Shown here piece after piece: positions 7,622 to 17,289 of a DNA stretch of 64,000 bases; positions within the stretch are counted from its first letter, which is position 1, and each line of letters starts with the position of its first letter. Where the stretch lies: positions 10,292 to 74,291 of the forward strand of contig CAIYPD010000076.1 of NCBI GenBank assembly GCA_903928075.1, in the 5' to 3' direction. The notes beneath the pieces are model-generated. The model was not told the origin of the DNA, ran no database searches, and saw nothing but the letters and a program-made list of their open reading frames with translations. Position numbers and translations under genes: made by a program. The DNA is from Candidatus Firestoneibacteriota bacterium. GTDB lineage: Bacteria; Oederibacteriota; D2-FULL-39-29.

Positions 7622-9724
7622 CTACTTTCCAGCAGAAGGACCCTTATCACTCATTAAAGCTTTTCTCGAAAGTTTGATTTTTCCGGTTTTTTCATCGATG
7701 CCGATGACTTTCACCGTCACAATATCGCCCTCTCTTACTACATCCTCAACTCTTTTGACTCTGGTCAAATCAAGTTCAGAGATGTGGCATAAACCGTCCT
7801 GGCCCGGGAAAATCTCTATAAAAGCCCCGAACTCGGCAACTTTTTTAACCGGACCCGTATAAGTGGCGCCCAGTTCTGCTTCCCTGCATATTTCCTTGAT
7901 ACGGTCGATCGCCGCTTGAAGGGCTACGCCGTCGGCAGAAGCTACATGCACCGTGCCGTCGTTATCCACATCTATCTTGGCGCCGGTCTCAAGGATAATC
8001 TTCTTTATTATCTTGCCCGCAGGTCCGATCAAATCTTTAATTTTGTCTAAGTGTATCTTCAGGGTGACTATTCTCGGCGCAAAGCTCGAAAGGTCTGCTC
8101 TGGGTGAACTGATAGAGGAAAGCATTTTCTCAAGAATAATCGCTCTGGCATCTTTTGCCTGGGAGAGAGATTTTTCTATTATCTCGTCAGAAATACCTTC
8201 GACTTTCATGTCCAGCTGGATAGCGGTAATGCCTTTTGCAGTGCCTGCTACTTTAAAATCCATATCTCCGTAATGATCTTCTATCCCCGCGATATCAGTG
8301 AGCGTAACCCAGCCGCTTTGTTCTTTGATCAAACCTATAGAGATACCCGCTACCGGACTCGTAATCGGAACACCCGCATCCATTAAAGACAATGTGGCCC
8401 CGCATACCGAAGCCATCGACGAAGAACCGTTGGATTCGACAATATCAGAAACCAGATTGACTACATAAGGGAACTTTTCCTGCGTAGGAATTACCGGAGC
8501 CAGGGCTTTTTCTGCCAGCGCGCCATGACCTACTTCTCTTCTGCCGACCCCGCGAACCGGTTTGGCTTCGCCTGTCGCAAACGGCGGGAAATTATAGTGG
8601 AGCATGTACTTCTTTTCCGCTTCGCCGGCTAAATCATCAAGATATTGTACATCGTCTTTGGTGCCGAGAGTTGTAACCACAAGCGCCTGGGTCTGGCCTC
8701 TTGAAAAGAGCGCTGATCCATGCGTCCGGGGCAAAAGACCGACTTCGCAGATTATAGGACGGATATCCGTCATACCTCTGCCGTCAGGCCTTACTTTGTT
8801 TTCGAGAATAGACTTTCTGACATTTTCTTCCTCTAGCTTTTCCAGGCAGCCGTTGATCTCGTTCTTGCCTGCCGGAAATTTTAAAAGAAGTGCCGCAAGC
8901 GTTTCTTCTTTTATTTTTTTAACTTCCGCCTGTCTTGCCAGTTTATCGGTGCCTTTTTCTATGGAAGCAAGTTTTCCGCCTGCCATTTCCTTTACAGTTT
9001 TTTCCAGCTCAGCGGTAACGGGCATATAGATATAGGTCTTGGTGGTTTTTTTAATCTTAGAGGCAAGTTCTTCCTGCATAGAAATAATCTCGTCGGCTAT
9101 CGGACGGCCGAATTTGATTGCCTCTAAAACTTCGGCTTCGGTAACTTCTTTACTGCCGCACTCAATCATAATAACACCGGCTTTAAGATAGACCACAAAA
9201 AGCTCAAGCGTGCTTTCTTTAAGCTGCGACATCGTCGGGAAGGCCACCAGACTGCCGCCGACTTTTCCTACTTTAACCGGCGCCACGGGCCCGTGAAACG
9301 GGATATTGGTACACATCAAAGAGGAAGAAGAACCGATAAGGGCCAGAACATCGGCTTCATTTTCTGCGTCATACGAAAGCACCGTATTAATTATCTGCAC
9401 TTCGTTAATAAGCGAAGACGGAAAGAGAGGCCTTATAGACCTGTCAGTTATCCTGGCATTAAGTGTTTCTAATTCCCGGGGCCGGCCTTCTCTTTTAAAG
9501 AATCCACCGGGTATTTTTCCGGCGGCATAAAATCTTTCGCGATATTCCACGGTCAAAGGAAAGAAATTTTGATCAGGCCTGGTCGTGTCCGAAGTACAGA
9601 CGGTCGAAAGCACCATTGTGTCGCCATATCTGACGGTCACAGAGCCCTCCGCTAATTTTGCAATCTTACCTGTAGTTATAGAGAGCTCCCTGCCCCCTAG
9701 CGTCCTCTTTATTACTATTTCCAT
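7622..9724 (-). CDS. pnp: polyribonucleotide nucleotidyltransferase (PNPase)
   Basis: 700 aa. Two RNase PH domains, KH and C-terminal S1 (GATYTGPVKKVAEFGAFIEI). Classic rpsO-pnp synteny. Confidence 0.95.
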   Translation of the reverse strand: MEIVIKRTLGGRELSITTGKIAKLAEGSVTVRYGDTMVLSTVCTSDTTRPDQNFFPLTVEYRERFYAAGKIPGGFFKREGRPRELETLNARITDRSIRPLFPSSLINEVQIINTVLSYDAENEADVLALIGSSSSLMCTNIPFHGPVAPVKVGKVGGSLVAFPTMSQLKESTLELFVVYLKAGVIMIECGSKEVTEAEVLEAIKFGRPIADEIISMQEELASKIKKTTKTYIYMPVTAELEKTVKEMAGGKLASIEKGTDKLARQAEVKKIKEETLAALLLKFPAGKNEINGCLEKLEEENVRKSILENKVRPDGRGMTDIRPIICEVGLLPRTHGSALFSRGQTQALVVTTLGTKDDVQYLDDLAGEAEKKYMLHYNFPPFATGEAKPVRGVGRREVGHGALAEKALAPVIPTQEKFPYVVNLVSDIVESNGSSSMASVCGATLSLMDAGVPITSPVAGISIGLIKEQSGWVTLTDIAGIEDHYGDMDFKVAGTAKGITAIQLDMKVEGISDEIIEKSLSQAKDARAIILEKMLSSISSPRADLSSFAPRIVTLKIHLDKIKDLIGPAGKIIKKIILETGAKIDVDNDGTVHVASADGVALQAAIDRIKEICREAELGATYTGPVKKVAEFGAFIEIFPGQDGLCHISELDLTRVKRVEDVVREGDIVTVKVIGIDEKTGKIKLSRKALMSDKGPSAGK

Positions 9725-9756
9725 TTTACCCTTTCCTTAGTTTTTGAACATCCATT

Positions 9757-9818
9757 GCGCAAAAACCTGCTAACTCAGGAGTTGCTTCGCGCCCCAGTGG
9801 CGCTTTCACTTGCAACTT
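9757..9818 (-). promoter_or_regulatory. rpsO terminator / pnp leader stem-loops in the rpsO-pnp spacer
   Basis: Sense strand shows an extended hairpin AGTTGCAAGTGAAAGCGCC-ACTGG-GGCGCGAAGCAACT, followed by CCTGAGTTAGCAGG and a TTTTTGC tract. This is the position of the RNase III-processed pnp leader in model bacteria. Confidence 0.5.
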
Positions 9819-9854
9819 CCTGCATATTTCTTTTTTTATTCAAAACGGCTTGTC

Positions 9855-10121
9855 TTACTTTCTCAACTTTAGACTATCAATAACACTTTTGTATTTTTCA
9901 AAATCTGTTTTCTTAATATAATCGAGTAAACTGCGTCTTTTGCCTACCAGCACAATAAGGCCTCTTCTGCTGCTATGGTCTTTTTTATGTATCTTCAAAT
10001 GCTCAGTCAGGTAGTTAATCCGGCCGGTCATAAGAGCCACCTGGACTTCCGAAGAGCCGGTGTCTTTTTCGTGCTTCCTGAACTTTCCAATCAGACTCGT
10101 TTTTACTTCTTTGTTCAACAT
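9855..10121 (-). CDS. rpsO: 30S ribosomal protein S15
   Basis: 88 aa. GSSEVQVALMTGRINYLTEHLKIHKKDHSSRRGL matches the S15 consensus. Confidence 0.95.
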   Translation of the reverse strand: MLNKEVKTSLIGKFRKHEKDTGSSEVQVALMTGRINYLTEHLKIHKKDHSSRRGLIVLVGKRRSLLDYIKKTDFEKYKSVIDSLKLRK

Positions 10122-10252
10122 ATTTTACTTCCTCCTTTGTTCGCGCGGCGACCAGTAAATCCCTGAGATACCTGCACCCGGTAAAAAAACCGTCTGCTCT
10201 TTCTTTCGTGATAAACCCAGTCTGCCCGTAGCGGAGCCTTTTTCCCCTACTA

Positions 10253-11725
10253 TTATATCCAGTAGTTAGGCGGCTCACTTGTAATTGTTATATTATGGGG
10301 ATGATTTTCCTGTAATCCCGCAGGTGTTATCCTTATAAATTCGGCTTTCGCCTGAAGTTCTTTGATAGAAGCCGCCCCGCAATAGCCCATCCCGCTGCGC
10401 AGTCCCCCGATAAGCTGAAGAACGCTTGCGGATATAGAACCCCTGTAAGGCACTCTGCCCTCAACCCCTTCAGGAACTAATTTTTGATTTTCAACATTAT
10501 CCTGAAAATATCTGTCTTTGCTGCCTTTTTTCATAGCGGCAAGAGAACCCATGCCGTGATACATCTTAAATCTTCTGCCTTCCAAAAATACGGTTTCCCC
10601 GGGCGCTTCGTCCGTTCCGGCAAACAGATTGCCTATCATGACGCTGGAAGCACCTACTGCGAGGGCTTTAGGAATGTCCCCCGAGTATTTAATACCGCCG
10701 TCGGCAATAATTGGGACCTTATATTTTTTTGCAACTTCACTGCACTCTTTTATAGCCGTAATCTGAGGTACACCGATACCGGCAATCACCCTCGTCGTGC
10801 AAATAGACCCGGGTCCCATCCCCACTTTCACCGCATCCGCTCCAATTTTACACAAATCTTTAGCCGCCTCAGCCGTCGCAACATTGCCGGCAATAAAATC
10901 CATTGCGGGATATTTTCTCCTGAGCTTCTTTAAAGTTTCCATAACATTTCTGGAGTGACCGTGAGCGGTATCAATGGCGATTACATCCACACCTGCTTTT
11001 ACCAGCTCGTCCGCTCTTTCTTCCGAATCTTTTGTCACCCCGATAGCCGCGCCGACCAAAAGCCGGCCCTGCTTATCCTTACAGGAAATAGGAAATTCCA
11101 ACCGTTTCTCTATATCCCGGATAGTGACCAACCCTTTAAGATTTCCGGCTTTATCAACCAGCGGCAGTTTTTCCACTTTATTTTTGTTTAATATCTCGAG
11201 CGCCTTTTGCAAAGAAACGCCTTCATGCGCGGTAATAAGATTTTGCCTGGTCATATGATCGCCGACCGTACCTTCAAATTTCTTAATGAACTTCAAATCC
11301 CTTCTTGTCAGTATTCCGACCAGCTTGCCGTTACCCGAACCGTCCTCGGTAACAGGAAAGCCGGAAATGCCCTTGCGCTTCATTATTTCGGAAGCTTCTC
11401 TTATGGACCGGGCCGGAGAAAGTGTGATAGGATGGTGAATAATCCCGCTCATGAATCTCTTAACTTTGTCCACCTGTTCGGCCTGCTCTTTCCAGGTTAA
11501 ATTTTTATGGATAATGCCGATACCGCCTTCCTGCGCTATAGCAATAGCCAGGCTGGCTTCGGTCACCGTGTCCATAGCCGCTGAAACAAGCGGAATATTA
11601 AGCTTGATATGTTTTGTTAGATAGGTCGAAACATCTACATCAGAATGCAAGAGCTCCGACCTCTGAGGAACAAGGAGGACATCATCAAAGGTTAACCCTG
11701 TTTTTCCGAACATATCTTTTGACAT
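10253..11725 (-). CDS. guaB: inosine-5'-monophosphate dehydrogenase
   Basis: 490 aa. [15 protein letters not shown]-terminus. Tandem CBS domains. Catalytic loop [11 protein letters not shown]. Confidence 0.95.
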   Translation of the reverse strand: MSKDMFGKTGLTFDDVLLVPQRSELLHSDVDVSTYLTKHIKLNIPLVSAAMDTVTEASLAIAIAQEGGIGIIHKNLTWKEQAEQVDKVKRFMSGIIHHPITLSPARSIREASEIMKRKGISGFPVTEDGSGNGKLVGILTRRDLKFIKKFEGTVGDHMTRQNLITAHEGVSLQKALEILNKNKVEKLPLVDKAGNLKGLVTIRDIEKRLEFPISCKDKQGRLLVGAAIGVTKDSEERADELVKAGVDVIAIDTAHGHSRNVMETLKKLRRKYPAMDFIAGNVATAEAAKDLCKIGADAVKVGMGPGSICTTRVIAGIGVPQITAIKECSEVAKKYKVPIIADGGIKYSGDIPKALAVGASSVMIGNLFAGTDEAPGETVFLEGRRFKMYHGMGSLAAMKKGSKDRYFQDNVENQKLVPEGVEGRVPYRGSISASVLQLIGGLRSGMGYCGAASIKELQAKAEFIRITPAGLQENHPHNITITSEPPNYWI

Positions 11726-12099
11726 TTTATTCTCCCAAACAATTAGCTCTTCTTTATAAACTATTTTATGAGCCTATCCCGGCTGCTGTGAAAGCTAAAG
11801 ACAGCCTGATAATATAGTATGTAACATAGTATTTTACATGAAAAAGACTATGTTTTCAATACAAATATGGGGGTATTTTGAGGCTTTGCGCTTAAAATCT
11901 AAAAGTGACCTGTTTTTAGTCTTCTAAATGTTGGAAAAGGACTTCAAATAACTTGTAAAATACTGCAATTTAAGCCCTTCTCAAGTAAACGGACCTTAAC
12001 TCAGGAAAAGACGAAAAAATCCCCCGCTAACAGAAATTAGGCAAAATAGTATCGACTTACTTGCTATCTAACCTACCGTAGGCTAAATGCCACTGTAAC

Positions 12100-14181
12100 T
12101 CATATTACAACTACGGCCGATTCTGCAGGCACAACTATCTTTCCGGAAGCATTTTTCCATTCCCCGCCGTCTACCAGCCTGTATTTTTTGAAGCTCTGAC
12201 CGTTATCCGCTTTTATTTTAAGTGAAACGGCTTTTTTATTATTGTAGTTGGCTATGGCCACTCCCAACTTTTTTGTTTTCCGGTTTATAAACGAAGTATA
12301 AGGGTGGTGCGCTTTGCCCTTGGCATCCTTGACCGAAACACCCACTGTATCCCTGAACTCGCCGTGCCAGAAATAATCCGCAAGCTCCGTCCGTAGAACA
12401 TCCATCTTCTTTGCATATTCTAGGGTGACAGGATAGTCATCAAGATGTCCTTTGAAGTTGTAAGGCTCATGGCTTATCACATATTTGTAGAGCAAGCACT
12501 GGTTAACCATATTCCGATCCTCAAAGCCCGTAATGGCGGTCATTATGTTGGCTGTCGGGAAAATATACCGTGATATGGGCGTATGTCCTCTTTCACCGGA
12601 TCTGAAATATGAATTCTCATATGTTTCAAATTCCCAGAAATATATAGCCTCACCCGCGTACAGGAAATCTTTATTTACTTTATCAGAAAGCTTTCTAAAG
12701 TTTTTAATGAGCTGCCTGTCATTCGCGTAAACCGGAGCGCCATACCTGTGGCCGTGGCTCATATCAAAGCAGGCCTGTGTACTGTGATGATGGAAACACT
12801 CATCAAAAAGTATCCCCGCCGCGCCAAGGTCCAATGTCTTTTGAAATTCTTTGTTACAGAGTTTCAGATATTCTTTATCCTGCAAACACATAGGAATAAG
12901 CCGTTTGGTATTGATATCCATCAACTGTGTCGCGGTCTGATATTGATAACCAGGATGATAATAATGATTCCCGTAGGGGTCTTTTATTGTGAGTTTTTTG
13001 TATTTCTTCACAAAGTCCTTGGTCCCCTGGTCCGCCCAGGTGAACTTCGCAAACAATATAACCTTTACTCCCATGGCGTGGATCTTTACGATGGCCTCTT
13101 TCAGTTCTTCAAAAGTCCCGAGCCTGGGGTCCGGGTCATGGGAAGGGTTGCCCTGGTCCTGTCCACCATCGTTCCAGCCGACAAGCTGAATTGCCGCAAT
13201 TCCGTGCCTGGCGCACTCTTCACCAACCTTCGGAAGGTCCTTGAACTTCATCCTGAGTTCATCCTCCGGAGAATTGATATGCAGCTGCAGCCAGGAATGA
13301 ACACCCTTAGCCCAGGAAGCTTTCTTTGATGTTTTAAGCCATTTACTCTGCCATTCTTTATAAATATCGGCGCCCACATGCCAGCCGCCCTTGTAAGCCT
13401 GAAGTACTATCGGTGTTAATTCTCTGGTCTCTCCCGGGTTTATGTAGGGAATATGTATCGCGCCGAAACGGGTATGAACATCCTTCCCCGCCATGGTAAG
13501 CGTTTCAGGAACTTTTTTTTCCATCTCACTGGACCAACCCGGCCTTAGCTCCGCGTGCCAGGCATGTGTATCACAGCTGTTGGTGGCCGGCCCCATGTAA
13601 AGCCCCTGGGTCGGAGTGCGAAGCAGTATAAAGACCTGGTAAGGGAAGTTACCGCATATCTGAATAGGGTAATCAACGCCAAAATACCCTTTTGTATTGA
13701 TAAATTCCGGCCAGAGACTCCAGTCATTTACGCTGGAATAGCCCGGAAAAGTAAATTTCGTCCACTCATCATTCTTCGGATGCTGAATATCCCCTATATA
13801 GGGGCAGTAGAAGTTCTCTACCATATATGAGGAGTCGTTCTTGATGGTTGAATAGTATATTGCCTGTTTGTCGGTGAGCTTTATCTTTATGGTGACCTTT
13901 ATTTTATGAAAACCTCCGAACTCCGAGGTAACGCCGTCCCAGACAAAGGTTATTTCCTTTTTATTCTTTGCGACCAGGCACGAAGTGACAGCCTGTTTTT
14001 CTCCAATCACATCATTATTTCTTTTTCCCGGGAGAGGCACCATCATCCTGAAAGAAAGTCCGAGTTGCGGCCTGTTAAGTAATTCCCACCCGGTCACTTT
14101 AGAAGTGAGGCGGGTAAGCGCGCCATTCACGGTATTAAACTCCATCTTCAAAGTCTTATTCTCAAGTGTTACTACCGGCAT
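12100..14181 (-). CDS. putative glycoside hydrolase (TIM-barrel, family unassigned), no signal peptide
   Basis: 693 aa. Central block GWNDGGQDQGNPSHDPDPRLGTFEELKEAIVKIHAMGVKVILF is typical of hydrolase-like (beta/alpha)8 barrels, with flanking beta-rich domains. SD AGGGGGAA upstream. Confidence 0.45.
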   Translation of the reverse strand: MPVVTLENKTLKMEFNTVNGALTRLTSKVTGWELLNRPQLGLSFRMMVPLPGKRNNDVIGEKQAVTSCLVAKNKKEITFVWDGVTSEFGGFHKIKVTIKIKLTDKQAIYYSTIKNDSSYMVENFYCPYIGDIQHPKNDEWTKFTFPGYSSVNDWSLWPEFINTKGYFGVDYPIQICGNFPYQVFILLRTPTQGLYMGPATNSCDTHAWHAELRPGWSSEMEKKVPETLTMAGKDVHTRFGAIHIPYINPGETRELTPIVLQAYKGGWHVGADIYKEWQSKWLKTSKKASWAKGVHSWLQLHINSPEDELRMKFKDLPKVGEECARHGIAAIQLVGWNDGGQDQGNPSHDPDPRLGTFEELKEAIVKIHAMGVKVILFAKFTWADQGTKDFVKKYKKLTIKDPYGNHYYHPGYQYQTATQLMDINTKRLIPMCLQDKEYLKLCNKEFQKTLDLGAAGILFDECFHHHSTQACFDMSHGHRYGAPVYANDRQLIKNFRKLSDKVNKDFLYAGEAIYFWEFETYENSYFRSGERGHTPISRYIFPTANIMTAITGFEDRNMVNQCLLYKYVISHEPYNFKGHLDDYPVTLEYAKKMDVLRTELADYFWHGEFRDTVGVSVKDAKGKAHHPYTSFINRKTKKLGVAIANYNNKKAVSLKIKADNGQSFKKYRLVDGGEWKNASGKIVVPAESAVVVI

Positions 14182-14249
14182 TTATTCCCCCTGTATACTT
14201 TTTTTTCTTATTTTGTGCTATTTCTCATTAGTCTTGTCATCTTGTCGTC

Positions 14250-15488
14250 TTACCCCTCCGTTATCTTCCTTACAATCCCCACCCACTTCTTCAATCTGGA
14301 AACATCGCCTTGAAGAGTCTCAACATCTTTTAATGTAATGTGCCAGTAACTTTCCTTGAAGGCGTCCTTTGCGTCAGTGATTATCCTTTTTATCCGGTCT
14401 TCATCCCAGGAGGTGCAGACCATATCGGTGGGATTGGGCCTGAAGGAACAGATGTAATCTTTTTTTATCTGTTCGGCGCATTTACGATAGTTAGCAACCG
14501 GCGTCACGGCAATGCTTCTCAAGTTCTTTACCTTCCGGAGCATATCTATTTTTTTTGTAAGATCCTCACAGCACCCGTAATGCGTCATCGCAAATTTTTC
14601 CATTATCGGCTGCTGGTACCGGAGCATAAATTCGTCATGAAACTCCGGCGAGACCAGCGTCAATTCCTGAGAGGCCATAAAGCCCCAGAGCTCTTTTCTC
14701 TTTGAGGGCGTATTGGGTTTGCGCCAGGGAAGCTCATTGCAATACGGCATTGCCTGGTTACCGCTCATGGTCAGCGTAAAATGCCCCGCCTCCTCCGCCT
14801 CCTGCTGATTCGTCAGTATCCCATCCCGCATAAAAGCCAGGAGTTGATGCAGTTCCTTCGGACTCTCGTACATATCCAGCATCATCTGCTCAAGCCCCCG
14901 GATATTAGCCAGGTCAGTGGAAATATCCCCCATAAAGCCAAGATACGCAGGGCCCCTTATTATATCTATCGGAATTATTTTACCTATCGCTTCGGCAAGT
15001 CTGTTATATTTTCTTTTTGTATCCTCTTCGTCTATCGCATGGTGCAGGGCTTTGATTTTTCCAATATCCTTCCAGTCTTTTATAATAGCATCAAGATGAA
15101 ATGCGCCGCCTTTCTGGGCAGACTTCGTCATCTGCCGTTCAACTCCCCAGTGATTATCCCAGGTCCCTTCCCGGGTTCCGGCAAGTTCTATCCAGGGCTC
15201 ATTTACGGCATCATGCCCGGTTTCTTCTGATAAAAGCCGAAATTTAAATGTCCGTTCGTAACCCCTGAAAAACTCATCTTCACACGCCATGTTTTTATCA
15301 GAAAACATCTCCTTACACCAGGCCTCCCAAAATCCGTTATTCAATAGGATGGGCGGCCGCGTTTTCTTTTTATTAAAATGGTCGCTCCAGAGCTTCCTTC
15401 TTTCTTCCTGAATAGGCTTAGTCGCAATTTCCATATATTGCCTGGCAAGGTCCTGTACTATTTTAATATCTTTTTGATTAGTAGGCAT
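14250..15488 (-). CDS. uncharacterised ~415-aa paralog family 'c' protein (copy 1 of 3), partner of the URO-D-like gene
   Basis: Shares with 50337-51608 and 57450-58706 an N-terminal P(V/I)Q(K/E)E...LW motif. Also shares a C-terminal YGCCE(D/P)L(T/D)KKI...R(K/S)I(A/S)V(T/S)P(V/W)A...DY(I/V).S and (H/P)(I/V)EFI(L/I)KD. SD AAGGAGA upstream. Confidence 0.6.
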   Translation of the reverse strand: MPTNQKDIKIVQDLARQYMEIATKPIQEERRKLWSDHFNKKKTRPPILLNNGFWEAWCKEMFSDKNMACEDEFFRGYERTFKFRLLSEETGHDAVNEPWIELAGTREGTWDNHWGVERQMTKSAQKGGAFHLDAIIKDWKDIGKIKALHHAIDEEDTKRKYNRLAEAIGKIIPIDIIRGPAYLGFMGDISTDLANIRGLEQMMLDMYESPKELHQLLAFMRDGILTNQQEAEEAGHFTLTMSGNQAMPYCNELPWRKPNTPSKRKELWGFMASQELTLVSPEFHDEFMLRYQQPIMEKFAMTHYGCCEDLTKKIDMLRKVKNLRSIAVTPVANYRKCAEQIKKDYICSFRPNPTDMVCTSWDEDRIKRIITDAKDAFKESYWHITLKDVETLQGDVSRLKKWVGIVRKITEG

Positions 15489-15852
15489 CTAATCTCCTTT
15501 GTATAGATAACAAGACCAAATGTACAGCAAACAGCTAACGGATGTACGGCTAATACCTTCTTTCTTTTGCTGTCTGCCTTGCATCCAATCCTCCGCTCTT
15601 CTATCTTTCACTTTGTACCTTGTCCTCCAAAGAACTTCTTTGGAGAGATCTCGCCTAATGGCGGATACTTCGTACTTTGTACTCTTGTTATCTTGTATTC
15701 TTCTCTACTCTTGCCAACCCTCTCCGCCAAGTTTGCTTGGCGAGATCTCGCTGTAAGCGGACAACCATCCACTTTTCCGTCCTCAGTCCTCCGGCTTCTG
15801 GCCTCATGTTTTCACTCTTGCCAAGCCTCTAACCATCCAAACATCCAATCCT
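15489..15852. repeat. repeat-rich 364-bp spacer with palindromic REP/MITE-like units
   Basis: Perfect 10-bp-arm palindrome CTCCAAAGAA-C-TTCTTTGGAG at 15626-15646. Two copies of (palindrome)-AGATCTCGC-(TAATGGCGGA / GTAAGCGGACAACC). Internal direct repeats CATCCAATCCTC at 15581 and 15841. Related unit at 41481-41580. Confidence 0.7.
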
Positions 15853-16923
15853 CTATCTATACTTGCCGTAGTTCTTTGCTGTTTCATACATCGCGAGCAC
15901 ATTTTCTGTCGGCGAATTATCCTGCAGAGCGTGAGTAGGCGCAAAACAATAACCGCCGCCCGGCATCATAATATCCAGCGTTTTTTCACAATATTTTACG
16001 GTATCTTCAACCTTACCAAAAGCCACAGGTCCGGCCGTACTTATACAGCCGTGGAAAGCAAGACGCCCGCCGAATTTTTTCTTTAAATACTCGGGGGACA
16101 TATTTGCCGCTTCCGGCTGGAGGGTATCCACCACATTTATGCCCATCTCAATAAAATCTTCATAAGCCCAACTACTGCTACCGCAGGTATGAATCATCAC
16201 AGGAAGCTTAAAACTTTTAGCCATGTCTATTATTTTTTGATGAAAAGGCCTGATTGCTCTTCTATATAGTTCCAGGCTTATCATCGGCGCAATCTGGGTC
16301 CCCAGGTCTTCCCCCATCCATAAAAAATCTACAGCGCCCTTAGCGGCTTCAATGGTCCGTCTGGTTATTTCGAGGTTAATATCGACCCTGCGCTTTGCCA
16401 GAAGCAGCCCCGCCGGTTCATCCGTCATAAGGTCAACTAAAACCTGTTCCATTCCCCGTACCATTCCGCTTGAATTAATAATGTCGCCGAGTCCGGCTCC
16501 GCCCACATATAGAGCATACTCTTTATTCTTTTTGCAATGTTCCTGTACCCCGGAAAAATCAAATTTGTCCGGATCCGGCATCGGCCAGTTAGCCACCTCT
16601 TCTTCCGTGGCATTCTGTAGCGGGAAATCACAAAAATCAAGGTAACCTCCGCTCTCATGTTCTATCCAGCGTGTATGCATACCCCAGTCGTTTACCTTCA
16701 CCCCTCTTTCAGGTATATCCTTATGAAGTTTTGGCCCAAGATATTTTGTCACTCCAACCCCGCGAAAATCCACGCCCAGCACATTTATGAGTTCATCTCC
16801 GTCTTTGACCTTAAAATGCTTTATAAGCCTCTCGTTTATGCCCGGATTGGCCGCGTAGTTTATCGGCACCCGGTCCGGTGTTCTATTCGCAAAAGTAGTG
16901 AGTACGCGTTCTTTAGAATTCAT
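15853..16923 (-). CDS. URO-D family protein, subfamily b (likely start at 16923, ORF track extends to 16953)
   Basis: MNSKERVLTTFANRTPDRVP family signature. HTCGSS (HxCG) segment. C-terminal MMPGGGYCFAPTHA. SD AAAAAGGAG 7 nt before the ATG. Confidence 0.8.
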   Translation of the reverse strand: MNSKERVLTTFANRTPDRVPINYAANPGINERLIKHFKVKDGDELINVLGVDFRGVGVTKYLGPKLHKDIPERGVKVNDWGMHTRWIEHESGGYLDFCDFPLQNATEEEVANWPMPDPDKFDFSGVQEHCKKNKEYALYVGGAGLGDIINSSGMVRGMEQVLVDLMTDEPAGLLLAKRRVDINLEITRRTIEAAKGAVDFLWMGEDLGTQIAPMISLELYRRAIRPFHQKIIDMAKSFKLPVMIHTCGSSSWAYEDFIEMGINVVDTLQPEAANMSPEYLKKKFGGRLAFHGCISTAGPVAFGKVEDTVKYCEKTLDIMMPGGGYCFAPTHALQDNSPTENVLAMYETAKNYGKYR

Positions 16924-16941
16924 TTTTCTCCTTTTTATCAG

Positions 16942-17037
16942 CTTCTCCGCCACAAAGTGTTGGCGGATTTCGCTATGCTCAACTTCTCATAATTCATCTT
17001 GTTTTTCTTCTATCTATTATCTATTGTTCCATTATTC
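16942..17037 (-). repeat. conserved 5' leader, copy B (paralog of 5712-5800)
   Basis: About 90% identity to copy A by eye. Sense strand encodes a 19-codon upstream ORF MNYEKLSIAKSANTLWRRS ending at a TGA just before the SD. Contains a CCGCCA..TGGCGG hairpin. Confidence 0.7.
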
Positions 17038-17289
17038 TACCCCGGGAGAAGGTATGGATGAGGGTAATGGTTTTCTAATCTCCATAAGAGTCGTAAAGGT
17101 CTATAAATGAAAACAATATATTTCAACGATTTTAGACCTTAAGAACCTTAAGAACCTTAAAAACTTTATAAACTTCTTTTTCCCTCTTTCCCCAATTGTA
17201 TCTATTTGGCCAGCCAATTGCAAGAATTTTACCTGACGGTTCACTTAAGAAATCCTGAATCAGGATAAACTTGATTTTAATAAAGCATA

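Noticed and set aside
10015-10278. 87-aa minus-strand ORF overlapping rpsO and the guaB 3' end
   Set aside because: Out-of-frame overlap with the highly conserved S15 gene; shadow ORF.
11726-12099. Searched this and other spacers (2044-2239, 26613-26890, 17041-17289) for tRNA/rRNA/ncRNA
   Set aside because: No T-loop (GGTTCGAATCC-like) or acceptor-stem pattern seen, so no RNA gene is called. The triple CCTTAAGAA repeat at 17137-17164 is too short to interpret.
12748-13329. 193-aa and other plus-strand ORFs inside 12100-14181; likewise ORFs antisense to pnp, guaB, mfd, copA and the sulfatases
   Set aside because: All are antisense to long ORFs with recognisable domains, and none has an SD.
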